From positions 1-64,000 of the forward strand of contig CAXXYE010000008.1 in assembly GCA_963674865.2 (NCBI GenBank): 64,000 nucleotides of DNA. The letters run 5' to 3'. The notes under the pieces are model-generated. The model was not told the origin of the DNA, did not search any database, and saw only the letters and a program-made list of their open reading frames with translations. Below are positions 1 through 9,434 of the stretch, one piece after another. The DNA comes from Candidatus Hydrogenedentota bacterium. Its GTDB lineage: Bacteria; Hydrogenedentota; Hydrogenedentia; Hydrogenedentales; SLHB01. Each line of letters starts with the position of its first letter. Position 1 is the first letter of the stretch. Both the position numbers and the translations under genes were made by a program.

Positions 1-257
1 AGCGCATCCGGGCGCTCCAGGGCCACGATCTGTTTCATGGTTTCGAGATTCAATGGCTCGATATATGTCGCATCCGCCATGCCTGGATCCGTCATGATCG
101 TGGCTGGATTGGAATTCACCAACACGATTTCGTAGCCCAGCTTACGCAGCGCCTTACACGCCTGTGTCCCCGAGTAGTCAAATTCACAGGCTTGGCCTAT
201 CACAATCGGGCCGGAACCAATTATCATGACCTTCTTGATATCGTCACGTCGCGGCAT
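1..257 (-). CDS. carB: Carbamoyl-phosphate synthase large subunit, N-terminal part (runs off the window start)
   Basis: Manual translation from ATG at 257: [58 protein letters not shown], the canonical CarB N-terminus. Confidence 0.97.
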   Translation of the reverse strand, partial: MPRRDDIKKVMIIGSGPIVIGQACEFDYSGTQACKALRKLGYEIVLVNSNPATIMTDPGMADATYIEPLNLETMKQIVALERPDA

Positions 258-344
258 GGATCATCCTCTCCATTAGTCGAAGGGGCCTTCGCCAAGATTC
301 AGCGACACCCCAGACAGCCCTCCCTCAGCGCATTCCCATGATGG

Positions 345-388
345 ATTAGAAGGCATCCGGTTATTCTGTGTCAAGGGCGCTCTTGACA
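345..388 (-). promoter_or_regulatory. Putative sigma70 promoter of carB inside a 20-bp near-palindrome
   Basis: Minus-strand TTGACA (374-369), 18-nt spacer, TCTAAT (350-345); palindrome TGTCAAGGGCGCTCTTGACA at 369-388. Confidence 0.5.
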
Positions 389-547
389 GCCTGACCTCTC
401 ATGGCAGGTGAACAACAGCGGCACAAGGACCTCCTTCCGTCGTGGCCGTGTCCATCGCGGCGGACGACGACAGAGAAAAGGCCCGTTCCCAAGGGATTTG
501 GGGCGCGACGCCGCGCCGGCCCCGGGGGAGGGGCCGGCGCAGCATCG

Positions 548-1657
548 CTATGAGGAACCAGCTGGGGAGGCTGGTGAAGAGCTTGATTTGGGCTCTTCAT
601 CGAGCTCGGACTCGTGGAGAACGACGGTGAAGGTACTGCCTTCGTCAGGCGTGCTGTCCACGGTGGCCGCGCCGTCGTACAGTTCAGCAATCTTCTTGAC
701 GATGGACAACCCAAGGCCGCTCCCGAAGATGCCACGCGTCTTCTCATTCTTGATCCGAACAAAATCAGAGAAGAGTTTCGCGGCCTCCTCTTTGCTCAGC
801 CCTATGCCCGTATCGGCGACAACAATGATGACTTCGTCGCCCTGCTTCTTCAGCGAAATATCAACCGTGCCCGCGTCACGGTTATACTTGACGGCATTGG
901 AAACCAAGTTATTCAAAACGATCTCGATTTCCCCGCGGTCCGCAACCATCTGCACCGGCGTATCACAATGGAGTCGTACGGTAATGGTGCGTTCGGCGGC
1001 GGCAGGTGCGGCGGTTTCGATCGTCTGCTTGGCCACGGCGGCAAGATCGACCTGCGCGAGTTCTCGCTTCTTCTGGCCGGACTCAATCCGTGTCATATCG
1101 AGAAGGTCGGCGATCATCTTCCGCATGAACTCGATGCGCGCCCTACAACGGTCGAGGATCTCGCCCTGCATCGCCGGTGTGTCGGGCGCCACGCCGTCCT
1201 GAAGCACGTTCAGATAGCCTTCGACGGCGTTGAGGGGCGCTTTCAACTCATGTCCCAAGACGGATATGAACTGAAACCGGACCTGGCGCTTTTCCTCGGC
1301 GAGCCTGCGCGCCTGGTATGTCACGGCCCGATGCTCGGCCGCCTTCCTAATAACGCTGCGCAACTCGGTGGGCGTGAACGGCTTGGCAAGGAAGTCGTAG
1401 GCGCCGCTCTTCGTTGCGCGAACCGCAATCTCAATCGTCGCATACGCCGTGATCATGATGGTAAGCGTATCTACATGCTCTGCGGCAATCTGTTCGAGCA
1501 CCTCGATGCCGCTCATGCCCGGCAGCTTCAGATCAAGCAAGAGGATATCCGGAGCGGCCTCCTGGATCTTCTCAAGGGCGGCCTCTCCCGTGTCGGCTTC
1601 GTCGACGATGAAATCAACATCGGCATCCACGCTGGGCACGTGCACGGTGAAACCGCG
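548..1657 (-). CDS. Hybrid receiver-HisKA-HATPase histidine kinase, apparently 5'-truncated
   Basis: PDILLLDLKLPGMSG and AYDFLAKPF receiver motifs, H-box GHELKAPL, N-box NLVSNAVKY, DTGIG and GSGLGL boxes; the receiver beta1 acidic motif is missing. Confidence 0.85.
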   Translation of the reverse strand, partial: RGFTVHVPSVDADVDFIVDEADTGEAALEKIQEAAPDILLLDLKLPGMSGIEVLEQIAAEHVDTLTIMITAYATIEIAVRATKSGAYDFLAKPFTPTELRSVIRKAAEHRAVTYQARRLAEEKRQVRFQFISVLGHELKAPLNAVEGYLNVLQDGVAPDTPAMQGEILDRCRARIEFMRKMIADLLDMTRIESGQKKRELAQVDLAAVAKQTIETAAPAAAERTITVRLHCDTPVQMVADRGEIEIVLNNLVSNAVKYNRDAGTVDISLKKQGDEVIIVVADTGIGLSKEEAAKLFSDFVRIKNEKTRGIFGSGLGLSIVKKIAELYDGAATVDSTPDEGSTFTVVLHESELDEEPKSSSSPASPAGSS

Positions 1658-1662
1658 GCGCG

Positions 1663-2124
1663 GTGGCTCTGTTCTGTGTGGCCCTGTTGACGCTGCCCTG
1701 CGGGTGCTTAAGGGCGCGGTCGCCCAGGTTGCCCGGAAGCAGCAAACAGAAGAGCGCACTCACGCCCGGTATGGTGAAAGCTACCGTCAAGAAGGGCAAG
1801 ACCACGCAGACGGACGTCCTCTCCACGTTCGGCGCGCCCAATATCATTACGCGCGATACGGATGGGCTCGAAGTCTGGACGTACGATGTCCAATACACGG
1901 CCAGCGCGGCCGAGGCCGCCGAATGGAAGGCCCGCGGCGGCGTATCCGGTACCGGACTCGGCGTGGCCGGGACAACGCTTGTCGGCGGCGGGGCATCCGG
2001 CGGCGGCAGCGGCGGCCGAAGCAGCGCCGTTTCACAAGTCAGTAGCGGCACGTTCACCTTGATGATTACCTTCGACGACGGCGAGGTGGTCAAGGACTAC
2101 CGCATGATGTCGACGAAGTTCTGA
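1663..2124 (+). CDS. SmpA/OmlA (BamE-like) lipoprotein with glycine-rich insert, start probably truncated
   Basis: Lipobox-like LPCGC; GKTTQTDVLSTFGAPNIITRD...EVWTY and TLMITFDDGEVVKDY resemble the BamE fold. Confidence 0.65.
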   Translation: MALFCVALLTLPCGCLRARSPRLPGSSKQKSALTPGMVKATVKKGKTTQTDVLSTFGAPNIITRDTDGLEVWTYDVQYTASAAEAAEWKARGGVSGTGLGVAGTTLVGGGASGGGSGGRSSAVSQVSSGTFTLMITFDDGEVVKDYRMMSTKF

Positions 2125-2153
2125 GCGTACGCTCTTCCGGGAAGGATGCTCTC

Positions 2154-2789
2154 ATGCACTTTCGCACCGCCGTTCTTGTAGGACTGGCAGCCCTTGCATT
2201 CGTCGGCTGTCTGACGAATGACTCCTCCCCGGCGGCAAGTGCCTCGCTCTCGTCGATACAGCGCGGGGCCATGCAGACGAAGGAGCTTGAAGGCGATTTC
2301 GAGACGGCCTACGCGGCCACCATCTCGGTGTTGCAGGATCTTGGCTGGCAAGTCGACGCCGTGGATCGCGATAGCGGGCTGATCCAAGCGAGTTCCGTCA
2401 AACGCTACGACGTGATTGGCCCTGAGGATGACTACCGCGCCGAAGACCCCATCATCCGGAAGATGCGTTCCAAGACGAGCCGGTTCAAGGGCGAGAAGAA
2501 CGTGTCTCCCGTCATATGGACGCGCTGGGCGCAATTGACGGCGCACGTCGAGCCGTGGGGAAGCAAGACGGTGCGTGAGCGGATCACGATTGTGAAATCA
2601 GGCTCCCTTCCCTCGGGCACGTATTACTACCCGTTTCCCAAGCCTTTCGGATTCAAAGAGGAAACAGTACGGCTGGCTGCCCAGGAGCAATCCGCCATCG
2701 TCGATGATCCCCAGACGTACCAACTGCTCTTCCAGCAGATTCAGAAGGCCATCTTTGTTCGCCAGGGGTTGAAGAAGGGTGCGAAGTAG
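2154..2789 (+). CDS. Hypothetical lipoprotein
   Basis: Signal peptide ending LAFVGC, AGGA upstream, 211-aa ORF with MQTKELEGD...VLQDLGW..VDRDSGLIQA segment. Confidence 0.75.
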   Translation: MHFRTAVLVGLAALAFVGCLTNDSSPAASASLSSIQRGAMQTKELEGDFETAYAATISVLQDLGWQVDAVDRDSGLIQASSVKRYDVIGPEDDYRAEDPIIRKMRSKTSRFKGEKNVSPVIWTRWAQLTAHVEPWGSKTVRERITIVKSGSLPSGTYYYPFPKPFGFKEETVRLAAQEQSAIVDDPQTYQLLFQQIQKAIFVRQGLKKGAK

Positions 2790-2798
2790 GGCCGCCGG

Positions 2799-3309
2799 TT
2801 AAGTCTCGTGGGCAAGCATCATTTCGAGGTACGACGTTTTGAGGCAGCCCGCCGGCTGAATTCCAAAGGCTTCCTGCAACACAGCCAGTTTCCGGTGCCC
2901 GTCAGCGTCATCATGCCCATCCGACAGAACCGCCTCGAACTCCATGAATTCACCCAACCCCGCCACGCGGTCGAGGTGAATGCGCACGTTGTGCCAAAGG
3001 TACAGCGTGCGAACCTTTTCGACCACGGCCAGGACGCCAAGTGCCTCGGCTAGCACCGGCTTTAGGCGAGCGCTCGACGATGGCCAGCCCGTAGTCGCAT
3101 CCCTTGGGGCCCGCCATGTCCGGGCGGCGGTAGAAAACGAGATAGTCGTGGCCCGGGTCGCTTTCCCGGAGCTTCAGCCGCCCCTCGGGGACGTGGAAGT
3201 ACGTGTCCACTTGGCGCAGATCGCCCTGTGGTGCGGCGCCGAGAGCCGTGCATACGGACACGGCATGCTCGCGGTCGCGAAGACGGGCTTTGATCTCGAT
3301 ATTGCGCAT
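2799..3309 (-). CDS. CYTH-domain (class IV adenylate cyclase / triphosphate tunnel) protein, one +1 frameshift near 3065
   Basis: MRNIEIKARL, QVDTYF, GRLKLRE in one frame; VEKVRTLYLWHNVRIHLDRVAGLGEFMEFE in the next; removing one base gives 170 codons. Confidence 0.85.
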
Positions 3310-3341
3310 TTGCTCTTCCCGCACTCCCCGGCCGCGCGGGC

Positions 3342-4024
3342 TCACACGAGGTGGCGGGCCTTTTCGGACGTCGGCCCGGAATGCCTTCAGTGCCTCACCG
3401 GGGCCCCCGTCCCGGAAAATGCTCGACGTGCCGAGGATGAAGATGCTTACTCCGTGCCGCGCGAAGGTGGCGGCGTTTGTTACGTCGATACTGCCGGCCA
3501 CCTCGATAGCGGCGCGCAGTCTCCGGTAGGCGAGGTTTTCCTTGAGGATGCGCACCCGATCAAAGGCTGTCGGGAACATCGTCTGTCCGGCGTAGCCCGG
3601 CTCGACGGTCATGACGAGCACGCGGTCAACGAAGTCGAGCAAGTAGTCCAGTTTTTGTCAGCGGCGTGGCGGGATTAATCGCCAAGCCGGGCGATGCGCC
3701 GGCGTCCTGGATCTGTGTGAGCACGCGATGGGCGTGGACGCAAGTCTCGACGTGCACAGTTAGGCTGTTGCAGCCGGCCTCAACGAAGCGCTCAATGTAT
3801 TTCTCGGGCCGACTGATCATGAGATGGGCGCTGCAAGGCAGGCCGCAGCAGGAGCGGGCCGCCTTGATGAAATCGAAGCCAAGGGTGAAATTGGGGACAA
3901 ACAGCCCGTCCATGACGTCGAAATGCAGTTCATCGCAGCCTGCGGCCTCCAGGGATTGCAGGTCATCCTCGAGCCGCGCGAGGTTTGCGCACATCACGGA
4001 GGCCGCGTATTTCAGTTCGCTCAC
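3342..4024 (-). CDS. rpe: Ribulose-phosphate 3-epimerase with two +1 frameshifts (near 3654 and 3366)
   Basis: ASVMCAN, LHFDVMDGLFVPNFTLG, HLMI, GLAINPATP, then VLVMTVEPGYAGQ in another frame; removing two bases gives 227 codons ending EKARHLV-stop. Confidence 0.85.
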
Positions 4025-4950
4025 AGTTCGACTCCCTTTTCGCTCAAGAAGCGCTCAACCGCCTGCCGCGTCGGCATGGAGGGCTGTGCCCCGGCCACGG
4101 TAGTGGTCAAAGCGCCGGCGGCATTGGCGAAGCGCATCGCGTTGTGCGGGCAGAGGGCCCGCCATTTCAGGGCCAGGGCCGCCGTGAACGCGTCACCCGC
4201 CGCGACGGTATCCACCGGCGTTACGGCGAAAGGTGCCGTGTGGTACACTTCCTCGCCGAGGTAGAAGGACCCTGCCGCGCCCAACTTCATCACCACTTCC
4301 CGTGTGCCCATATCCCGGAGTTGCCGGGCGGCTTCCTTGGCGCTCGCGAGATCATGCACGGCCACGCCCGTCATGGCCTCGGCCTCGGTTTCATTGGGTG
4401 AAACCACATCCGCCTTCTGAAGGATCGCCGCCGGCACCCTCTGCGCGGGCCCCGCGTCGAGTATCGACAGCACGCCATGGCTCCGTGCCAGTTCGAGCGT
4501 GGCCTCCACCGTCTCTAACGGAATCTCCAGTTGGAGCAGCACAGCGTCGAGGTTCGCGAACAGGCCCTCCATGGCGGCCACGTCATCGGGCGTGATGCCG
4601 TGGTTGGCCGACGGCGTGACGACAATCGAGTTCTGGCCCTCATCGGCCACGAAAATGACGGCCGTTCCCGTTGGCTCGCTTCGGTGAATCTTGAGATATG
4701 TCAGGTCGATGCCATCCGCGGCCAGTGTGCGTCGCTGCATTTCCCCAAAGGTGTCGTCGCCAACGCAGCCCGCGAAATACGTCGCGGCGCCAAGACGCGC
4801 TGTGGCCACGGCCTGGTTCGCGCCCTTGCCGCCGGGAATCGTCGCAAACGAGTGCCCGAGCAGCGTCTCGCCCGGCTTCGGACAGCGCGGCACACGCGTT
4901 ACGAGATCAACATTCGCGCTGCCAACGACTAATATCCTGGGATCTTGCAC
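4021..4950 (-). CDS. rbsK: Ribokinase (PfkB family)
   Basis: GSANVD, PGGKGANQAVA, SPNETEA and DTVAAGDAF signatures. Confidence 0.92.
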   Translation of the reverse strand: MQDPRILVVGSANVDLVTRVPRCPKPGETLLGHSFATIPGGKGANQAVATARLGAATYFAGCVGDDTFGEMQRRTLAADGIDLTYLKIHRSEPTGTAVIFVADEGQNSIVVTPSANHGITPDDVAAMEGLFANLDAVLLQLEIPLETVEATLELARSHGVLSILDAGPAQRVPAAILQKADVVSPNETEAEAMTGVAVHDLASAKEAARQLRDMGTREVVMKLGAAGSFYLGEEVYHTAPFAVTPVDTVAAGDAFTAALALKWRALCPHNAMRFANAAGALTTTVAGAQPSMPTRQAVERFLSEKGVEL

Positions 4951-5054
4951 GATAGCACCTTTGTTCAGGGCCGCGGCCTCTGGAGGATTCTACCGATGGC
5001 CGAGCGACCAGGGCAACCCGGCGACGGCGAGCGGACGGCCAAACTGTGAGAGAC

Positions 5055-5696
5055 TTAAGGCAGCAGTGGCCGCAGGGGGCAGACGGCACACTTGGGATTT
5101 CGGCGGCAGAAGTCCTTGCCAACGTATACGATAAGGCCGTGGTACTCCTTGAAGGTATGTAGATCCGGCTTGAGATGATCTTCAAAGAGGGCGCGGAGGG
5201 CCTCGTACTTGATGTCCGGAGGGCAAAGGCCGTGCCGGCTGAGAATCCGCCGTGTATAGGCGTCGACCACGAAGACGGGCTTCTCGCACGCGTATAGGAG
5301 GATGTCATCGGCGGTTTCGGGGCCGATACCGCTAATCGCGAGCAGTTCAGGCCGGAGTTCATCGAGCGGCCGCCGGGCCATGCGCCCCATGCTGCCTCCG
5401 TAGCGCTGGACGAGATGCTCGCAGAATGAGCGGACGCGCCGCGCCTTCACACGGTAGAAACCGGAGGGGTGTACCGCAGCTTCGAGGCGGCCATCGGGAC
5501 AGGCGAGGATGGCTTTGGGATGGAGCAGCCGCTCGCGCTTGAGGTTCGCGATGGCCTTCTCGACGTTGGCCCAGGCGGCGTTCTGGGTGAGAATGGCGCC
5601 GACGGCTACTTCGAAGGGACTTTCGCCGGGCCACCAGTCCGTCGGGCCGTAGTGCACCGCCAGCCGCCGGTAAATGTCTCTCAATGTGCGCCTCAA
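5055..5696 (-). CDS. Endonuclease III-related HhH-GPD DNA glycosylase with C-terminal Fe-S motif
   Basis: WWPGESPFEVAVGAILTQN, GIGPETADDILLYA, FVVDAYTRR, CRRNPKCAVCPL; TTG start at 5696 follows AGGAGG. Confidence 0.9.
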   Translation of the reverse strand: MRRTLRDIYRRLAVHYGPTDWWPGESPFEVAVGAILTQNAAWANVEKAIANLKRERLLHPKAILACPDGRLEAAVHPSGFYRVKARRVRSFCEHLVQRYGGSMGRMARRPLDELRPELLAISGIGPETADDILLYACEKPVFVVDAYTRRILSRHGLCPPDIKYEALRALFEDHLKPDLHTFKEYHGLIVYVGKDFCRRNPKCAVCPLRPLLP

Positions 5697-5748
5697 GAGA
5701 AACCTCCTCACCGGGCAAGAACATAGCATAGACATCCGCCGGGGCACA

Positions 5749-5765
5749 CGCATTGCTCGTGTGGG
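5749..5765. repeat. Target-site duplication, left copy CGCATTGCTCGTGTGGG
   Basis: Identical to 7347-7363. Confidence 0.95.
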
Positions 5766-7346
5766 TGTCAAGACTCTTTAGAAATGTCACATGTTGGGAC
5801 TCATTAGAAATGTCCTATGCTCGATGGTTGCAGAAGCGAGTTATCCAAGGTCTGTGGTCAGGTGCGTAGCAGCTGTCCCCAGACCGTCATATCCACATCC
5901 AGCGCGAAGCGCGCGGGCGCATAGCGCTCGTCGAGGATGTGGATATGTGGGTAACTCGCGTGCTCACCTTTCTTTTGCGTTCATGAGAGGTAGGCGTTGG
6001 ACGTTGGGCCGCCAGCGCTTGTAGGGCGCGGGGGGAGCGTTCTTCTTCTTGGGCTTGGCGGGGGGCTGGACCTGTTGGACTCGTTGCTGCCCTTCTCGTT
6101 TGTATTGCTTGACCGTGAGCCTGCGGTAGTCAAGGTCCTGGTCTTTGTAGAGCAGCCTGATGCCGCCGTGCAGATGGGTGCGGACCAGAATCCTGTCTTT
6201 GGGCCGGGGCAGAGGACTGTTGTTCTTGAGGATTTGGTAGTAATGATTCCCGAAACGGACGGTCCAGTCGTTTTGGACGACGCGCAGTTCCTCGAAGCAA
6301 AAAATGTCATGCAGCTCAAGGCCTTTGGGTGGAGGACGGTGATAGTCCAGTTCCTCACGGGGCGCAATGGCGAACTTGGCGTTCAGAGCGTCACAAAAGC
6401 TTTCGTAGAGCAGCTTGTCGGCGGTGGCGATGGTGGTGATGCGCCGCAAGGCGAGTTCCTTGACGAACCGGTTCTGGTATGTGCCGTTGGAGCGCTCGAC
6501 GCGGCCTTTGGCTTGAGGCGAAGTCGCGGGGATGATGACGATTCCCAGCTTATAGCAGGCCTCTCCGAATTGAGTCAGCGGCTCGCGCCCCGCCAGTTGC
6601 TCTTCGAGCGTGGGCTCCCGGCCGGTGATGTAGACGTTCTTTCGGTCCGTATACAGCGCCCGAGGAATACCGTATTTCTCGATCCACCGCCACAGAAGCT
6701 GCATGGCGGCCTGCTTCGTTTCTTGCTCGGCCATGAGCGCCAAGGTTTCTCCTGTGGCGTCATCTATCATGTTCATCAGACAAGTTTGGCCTTGGTCCGG
6801 CCCGAACCAGTGGTGGTGACTCCCATCCATCTGCACCAGCTCTCCGAAATGGCTCGCCGCTCCCTGCGGGAGCGATGCCGGCGCCCGGTGTCTCCCTTCG
6901 CCCAGAGCCCCTGCTCAAGCAGCCAGCGCCGTAACGTCTCGTGGTCGATGCACAGGCCTTCCTCCGCCAGCTTCTCCGCGGCCAGGGTCGGCCCCAAATC
7001 GTGTTCTCTATAGCGTTCCTGATAGCGCCGAAGGACTTTGTCCCGGAACGCGGCAGGCTTGGCTCGATTAGACGCCCGGCCCCGGTTGCGATGCACCAAC
7101 CCCTCATCTCCCTCTGACACGAAGCGTGCGTGTATCCGCAGCGCCTGCCGGTAGCTCACTTCCATGCGCCGCGCCGCTTCCGCCAGGGTCATATGCTTTC
7201 CCACAACAAGCTCCAACAACGACTTACGCATCAATTCCTTGCGACTCATCTTCAAATGCCCTTCCACGGCAGCCCTCCAAGTGAAAGGCTCCAATTGTGA
7301 CATTTCTAATGAGTCGAGGGGGTGACACTATCAAAGAGTCGCGACA
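5766..7346 (-). mobile_element. Complete IS1202-family-like (formerly ISNCY) insertion sequence, 1581 bp
   Basis: TGT...ACA termini, imperfect IRs (TGTCAAGACTCTTTAGAAATGTCAC vs TGTCGCGACTCTTTGATAGTGTCAC), doubled subterminal motifs, 17-bp flanking direct repeat, DDE transposase inside. Confidence 0.9.
5964..7267 (-). CDS. DDE transposase (HTH plus integrase core), one frameshift near 6851
   Basis: HTH region with GLVHRNRGR and GPTLAAEKL; catalytic region QMDGSHHHWF, MIDDAT, LYTDR, SPQAKGRVER; adding one base gives 435 codons. Confidence 0.88.
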
Positions 7347-7363
7347 CGCATTGCTCGTGTGGG
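7347..7363. repeat. Target-site duplication, right copy
   Basis: Identical to 5749-5765. Confidence 0.95.
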
Positions 7364-7458
7364 CGGAAGCGGCTGCACACCTTTGGCTATCAGCCCGCCG
7401 GGCCATTACCAAGGCCCACAATGATGTGGTAGACTGCTTCATCCAGGAGGGCGAAACC

Positions 7459-8019
7459 GTGTGTGAGCGTCCCGCTCGTTATGTCATCTCCGTTATGGCC
7501 CAGGATCACGTCGGCATTATCGCGGATGTGACGGCCGCGCTCTACGATCTGGGGGGGAACCTTGAAGCGCTGAGTCAAACCATCGTGCACGGCTGGTTCA
7601 CGATGATTCTCTGCGCGGCATTTCCCGCCGGGGTGGACAAGAACGCCGTCAAGGCGGCGTTTGAGTCTCTTTCACGCTGCCAGGTTCTTGTGAACGAGGC
7701 GTTTGACGCGGCCCCCGCGCCTGCCGTGGCCGGGGATCCGTACGTCGTGACGGTTATTGGCGAGGACAGGCCCGGCATTGTACGGCGTTTGACGCGCTGT
7801 TTCGCGGAAAAGGGCATCAATATCGAGGACGTCTGGAACGAGGTCAAGGAGAATCGCTTCGTGGTGATCCTCAGCGTCGTTGTTCCGCCCGATATCGACC
7901 CCAAAGACTTGCGCTACGATCTTGAACAGGCCGCCGATGAGCTTGACGTTTCGCTTCGCCTGCAACACCAGGATGTTTTCACGGCCACCAACTCCTTGGC
8001 CATGCACACGAAGCGATAG
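7459..8019 (+). CDS. Tandem ACT-domain protein (GcvR-like)
   Basis: ISVMAQDHVGII and VTVIGEDRPGIV ACT motifs; GTG start follows AGGAGG; usual partner of DUF711. Confidence 0.85.
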   Translation: MCERPARYVISVMAQDHVGIIADVTAALYDLGGNLEALSQTIVHGWFTMILCAAFPAGVDKNAVKAAFESLSRCQVLVNEAFDAAPAPAVAGDPYVVTVIGEDRPGIVRRLTRCFAEKGINIEDVWNEVKENRFVVILSVVVPPDIDPKDLRYDLEQAADELDVSLRLQHQDVFTATNSLAMHTKR

Positions 8020-8047
8020 CGCCGACGGCGGCCCGGCGAGGGGCCCC

Positions 8048-9421
8048 ATGATACCTACCGAAGATATTCTCAAGACCATCGAGATGATCCAGGTGGAGAA
8101 TCTCGACGTCCGAGCGGTGACGCTGGGGATTAACCTGCTTTCCTGCGCGGATCCGGACTCCGGACGCATGCTCCGGCGCGTGCGATCGCGCATACACGCT
8201 GCGGCCGGCAGTCTGGTCGCGTGCTGTGACGAGGTCTCCGGGAAGTACGGCATCCCCATCGTGAACAAGCGTCTCGCCGTTTCCGCCGCGAGCGCCTTGC
8301 TCGAGGCTCACGGCGCGGATGCCTGCCTTCCTCTCGCGCGTGTGTTGGACGAGTCCGCGGCGGCGGTAGGCGTGGACATCATTGGCGGCTACAGCGCCCT
8401 GGTGCAGAAAGGCTTCAGCGACGGCGATCGGCGGCTCATCGAGTCGATTCCGGATGTGCTGTCGGGAACCTCGCGTGTCTGCTCCTCGGTGAACGTCGCC
8501 AGCACGAAGGCGGGCGTCAATATGGACGCCGTCGCCTTGATGGGCCGGCAAATAAAGGCCACTGCGGAACGCACCGCCGAGAAAGATGGATTCGGCGCGG
8601 CGAAACTGGTGGTATTCGCGAACATCCCTGAAGATAATCCATTTATGGCCGGCGCGTTTCTCGGGCCGGGCGAGCCCGGCACGGTGATCAACATCGGCGT
8701 GAGCGGCCCAGGCGTCATCAAACGGGCCCTCGAGAAGCTTATTGCCGGCCAGGGAGACGTGGATCTCGAGCGGATCGCCGAAGAGATCAAGCGAACCAGT
8801 TTCCGCGTGACGCGAGTGGGCGAGTTGATGGGCCGCGAGGTGGCCGAGCGGCTGGGCGTCGCGTTCGGCGTGGTGGATCTGTCCCTCGCACCGACGCCCC
8901 GCATCGGCGATAGCGTGGGGGAGATCCTGCAAACCATGGGCATCGCCGCGATTGGCGCGCCCGGCAGCACGGCGGCGGTCGCTATGCTAAATGATGCCGT
9001 CAAGAAGGGCGGGCTCTTCGCGTCATCGAGCGTAGGCGGGCTCTCCGGCGCCTTCATCCCAGTCTGCGAGGACGCGGCGCTTGCCAAGGCTGTCGAGGAC
9101 GGCTCCTTGAGCCTCGAGAAGCTCGAAGCGATGACGAGCGTGTGCTCCGTTGGCCTGGACATGATAGTCGTGCCGGGCGACACCGACGCCGAAACACTTG
9201 CGGCCCTCATTGCCGATGAGATGGCCATCGGCGTCATCAACAACAAAACGACGGCCGTCCGCGTGATCCCGGTTCCTGGAAAGCAAGTCGGCGACCGCGC
9301 CGTATTCGGCGGACTTTTCGGCGAGGCGGGCATCGCCGAAGTCCGTAATCCGGGCTGCTCCTCACGATTCGTGGCCTTCGGAGGGCGGATTCCCGCACCT
9401 TTGCGCAGTCTTAACAACTAA
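8048..9421 (+). CDS. UPF0210 / DUF711 (PFL-like) protein
   Basis: ENLDVRAVTLGI, GIPIVNKR, PEDNPFMAGAF, KLEAMTSVCSVGLDMI, GRIPAPLRSL motifs. Confidence 0.92.
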   Translation: MIPTEDILKTIEMIQVENLDVRAVTLGINLLSCADPDSGRMLRRVRSRIHAAAGSLVACCDEVSGKYGIPIVNKRLAVSAASALLEAHGADACLPLARVLDESAAAVGVDIIGGYSALVQKGFSDGDRRLIESIPDVLSGTSRVCSSVNVASTKAGVNMDAVALMGRQIKATAERTAEKDGFGAAKLVVFANIPEDNPFMAGAFLGPGEPGTVINIGVSGPGVIKRALEKLIAGQGDVDLERIAEEIKRTSFRVTRVGELMGREVAERLGVAFGVVDLSLAPTPRIGDSVGEILQTMGIAAIGAPGSTAAVAMLNDAVKKGGLFASSSVGGLSGAFIPVCEDAALAKAVEDGSLSLEKLEAMTSVCSVGLDMIVVPGDTDAETLAALIADEMAIGVINNKTTAVRVIPVPGKQVGDRAVFGGLFGEAGIAEVRNPGCSSRFVAFGGRIPAPLRSLNN

Positions 9422-9434
9422 CGGGGGAAGGCCG

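Noticed and set aside
2950..3642. 230-aa ORF that looks like an Rpe-CYTH fusion
   Set aside because: Produced by frameshifts; correcting single bases gives two normal-length genes
5743..5771. Outward-facing TTGACA at the IS end forming a hybrid promoter
   Set aside because: The hexamer 17 bp away reads TGTGCC, a poor -10 box
5772..5815. Short direct repeats resembling a mini-CRISPR
   Set aside because: Only two copies with a 7-bp gap, mirrored at the other IS end; they are transposon end motifs and no cas genes are present
6840..6860. Programmed frameshift in the transposase
   Set aside because: No slippery heptamer; a single missing base matches the other indels in the window
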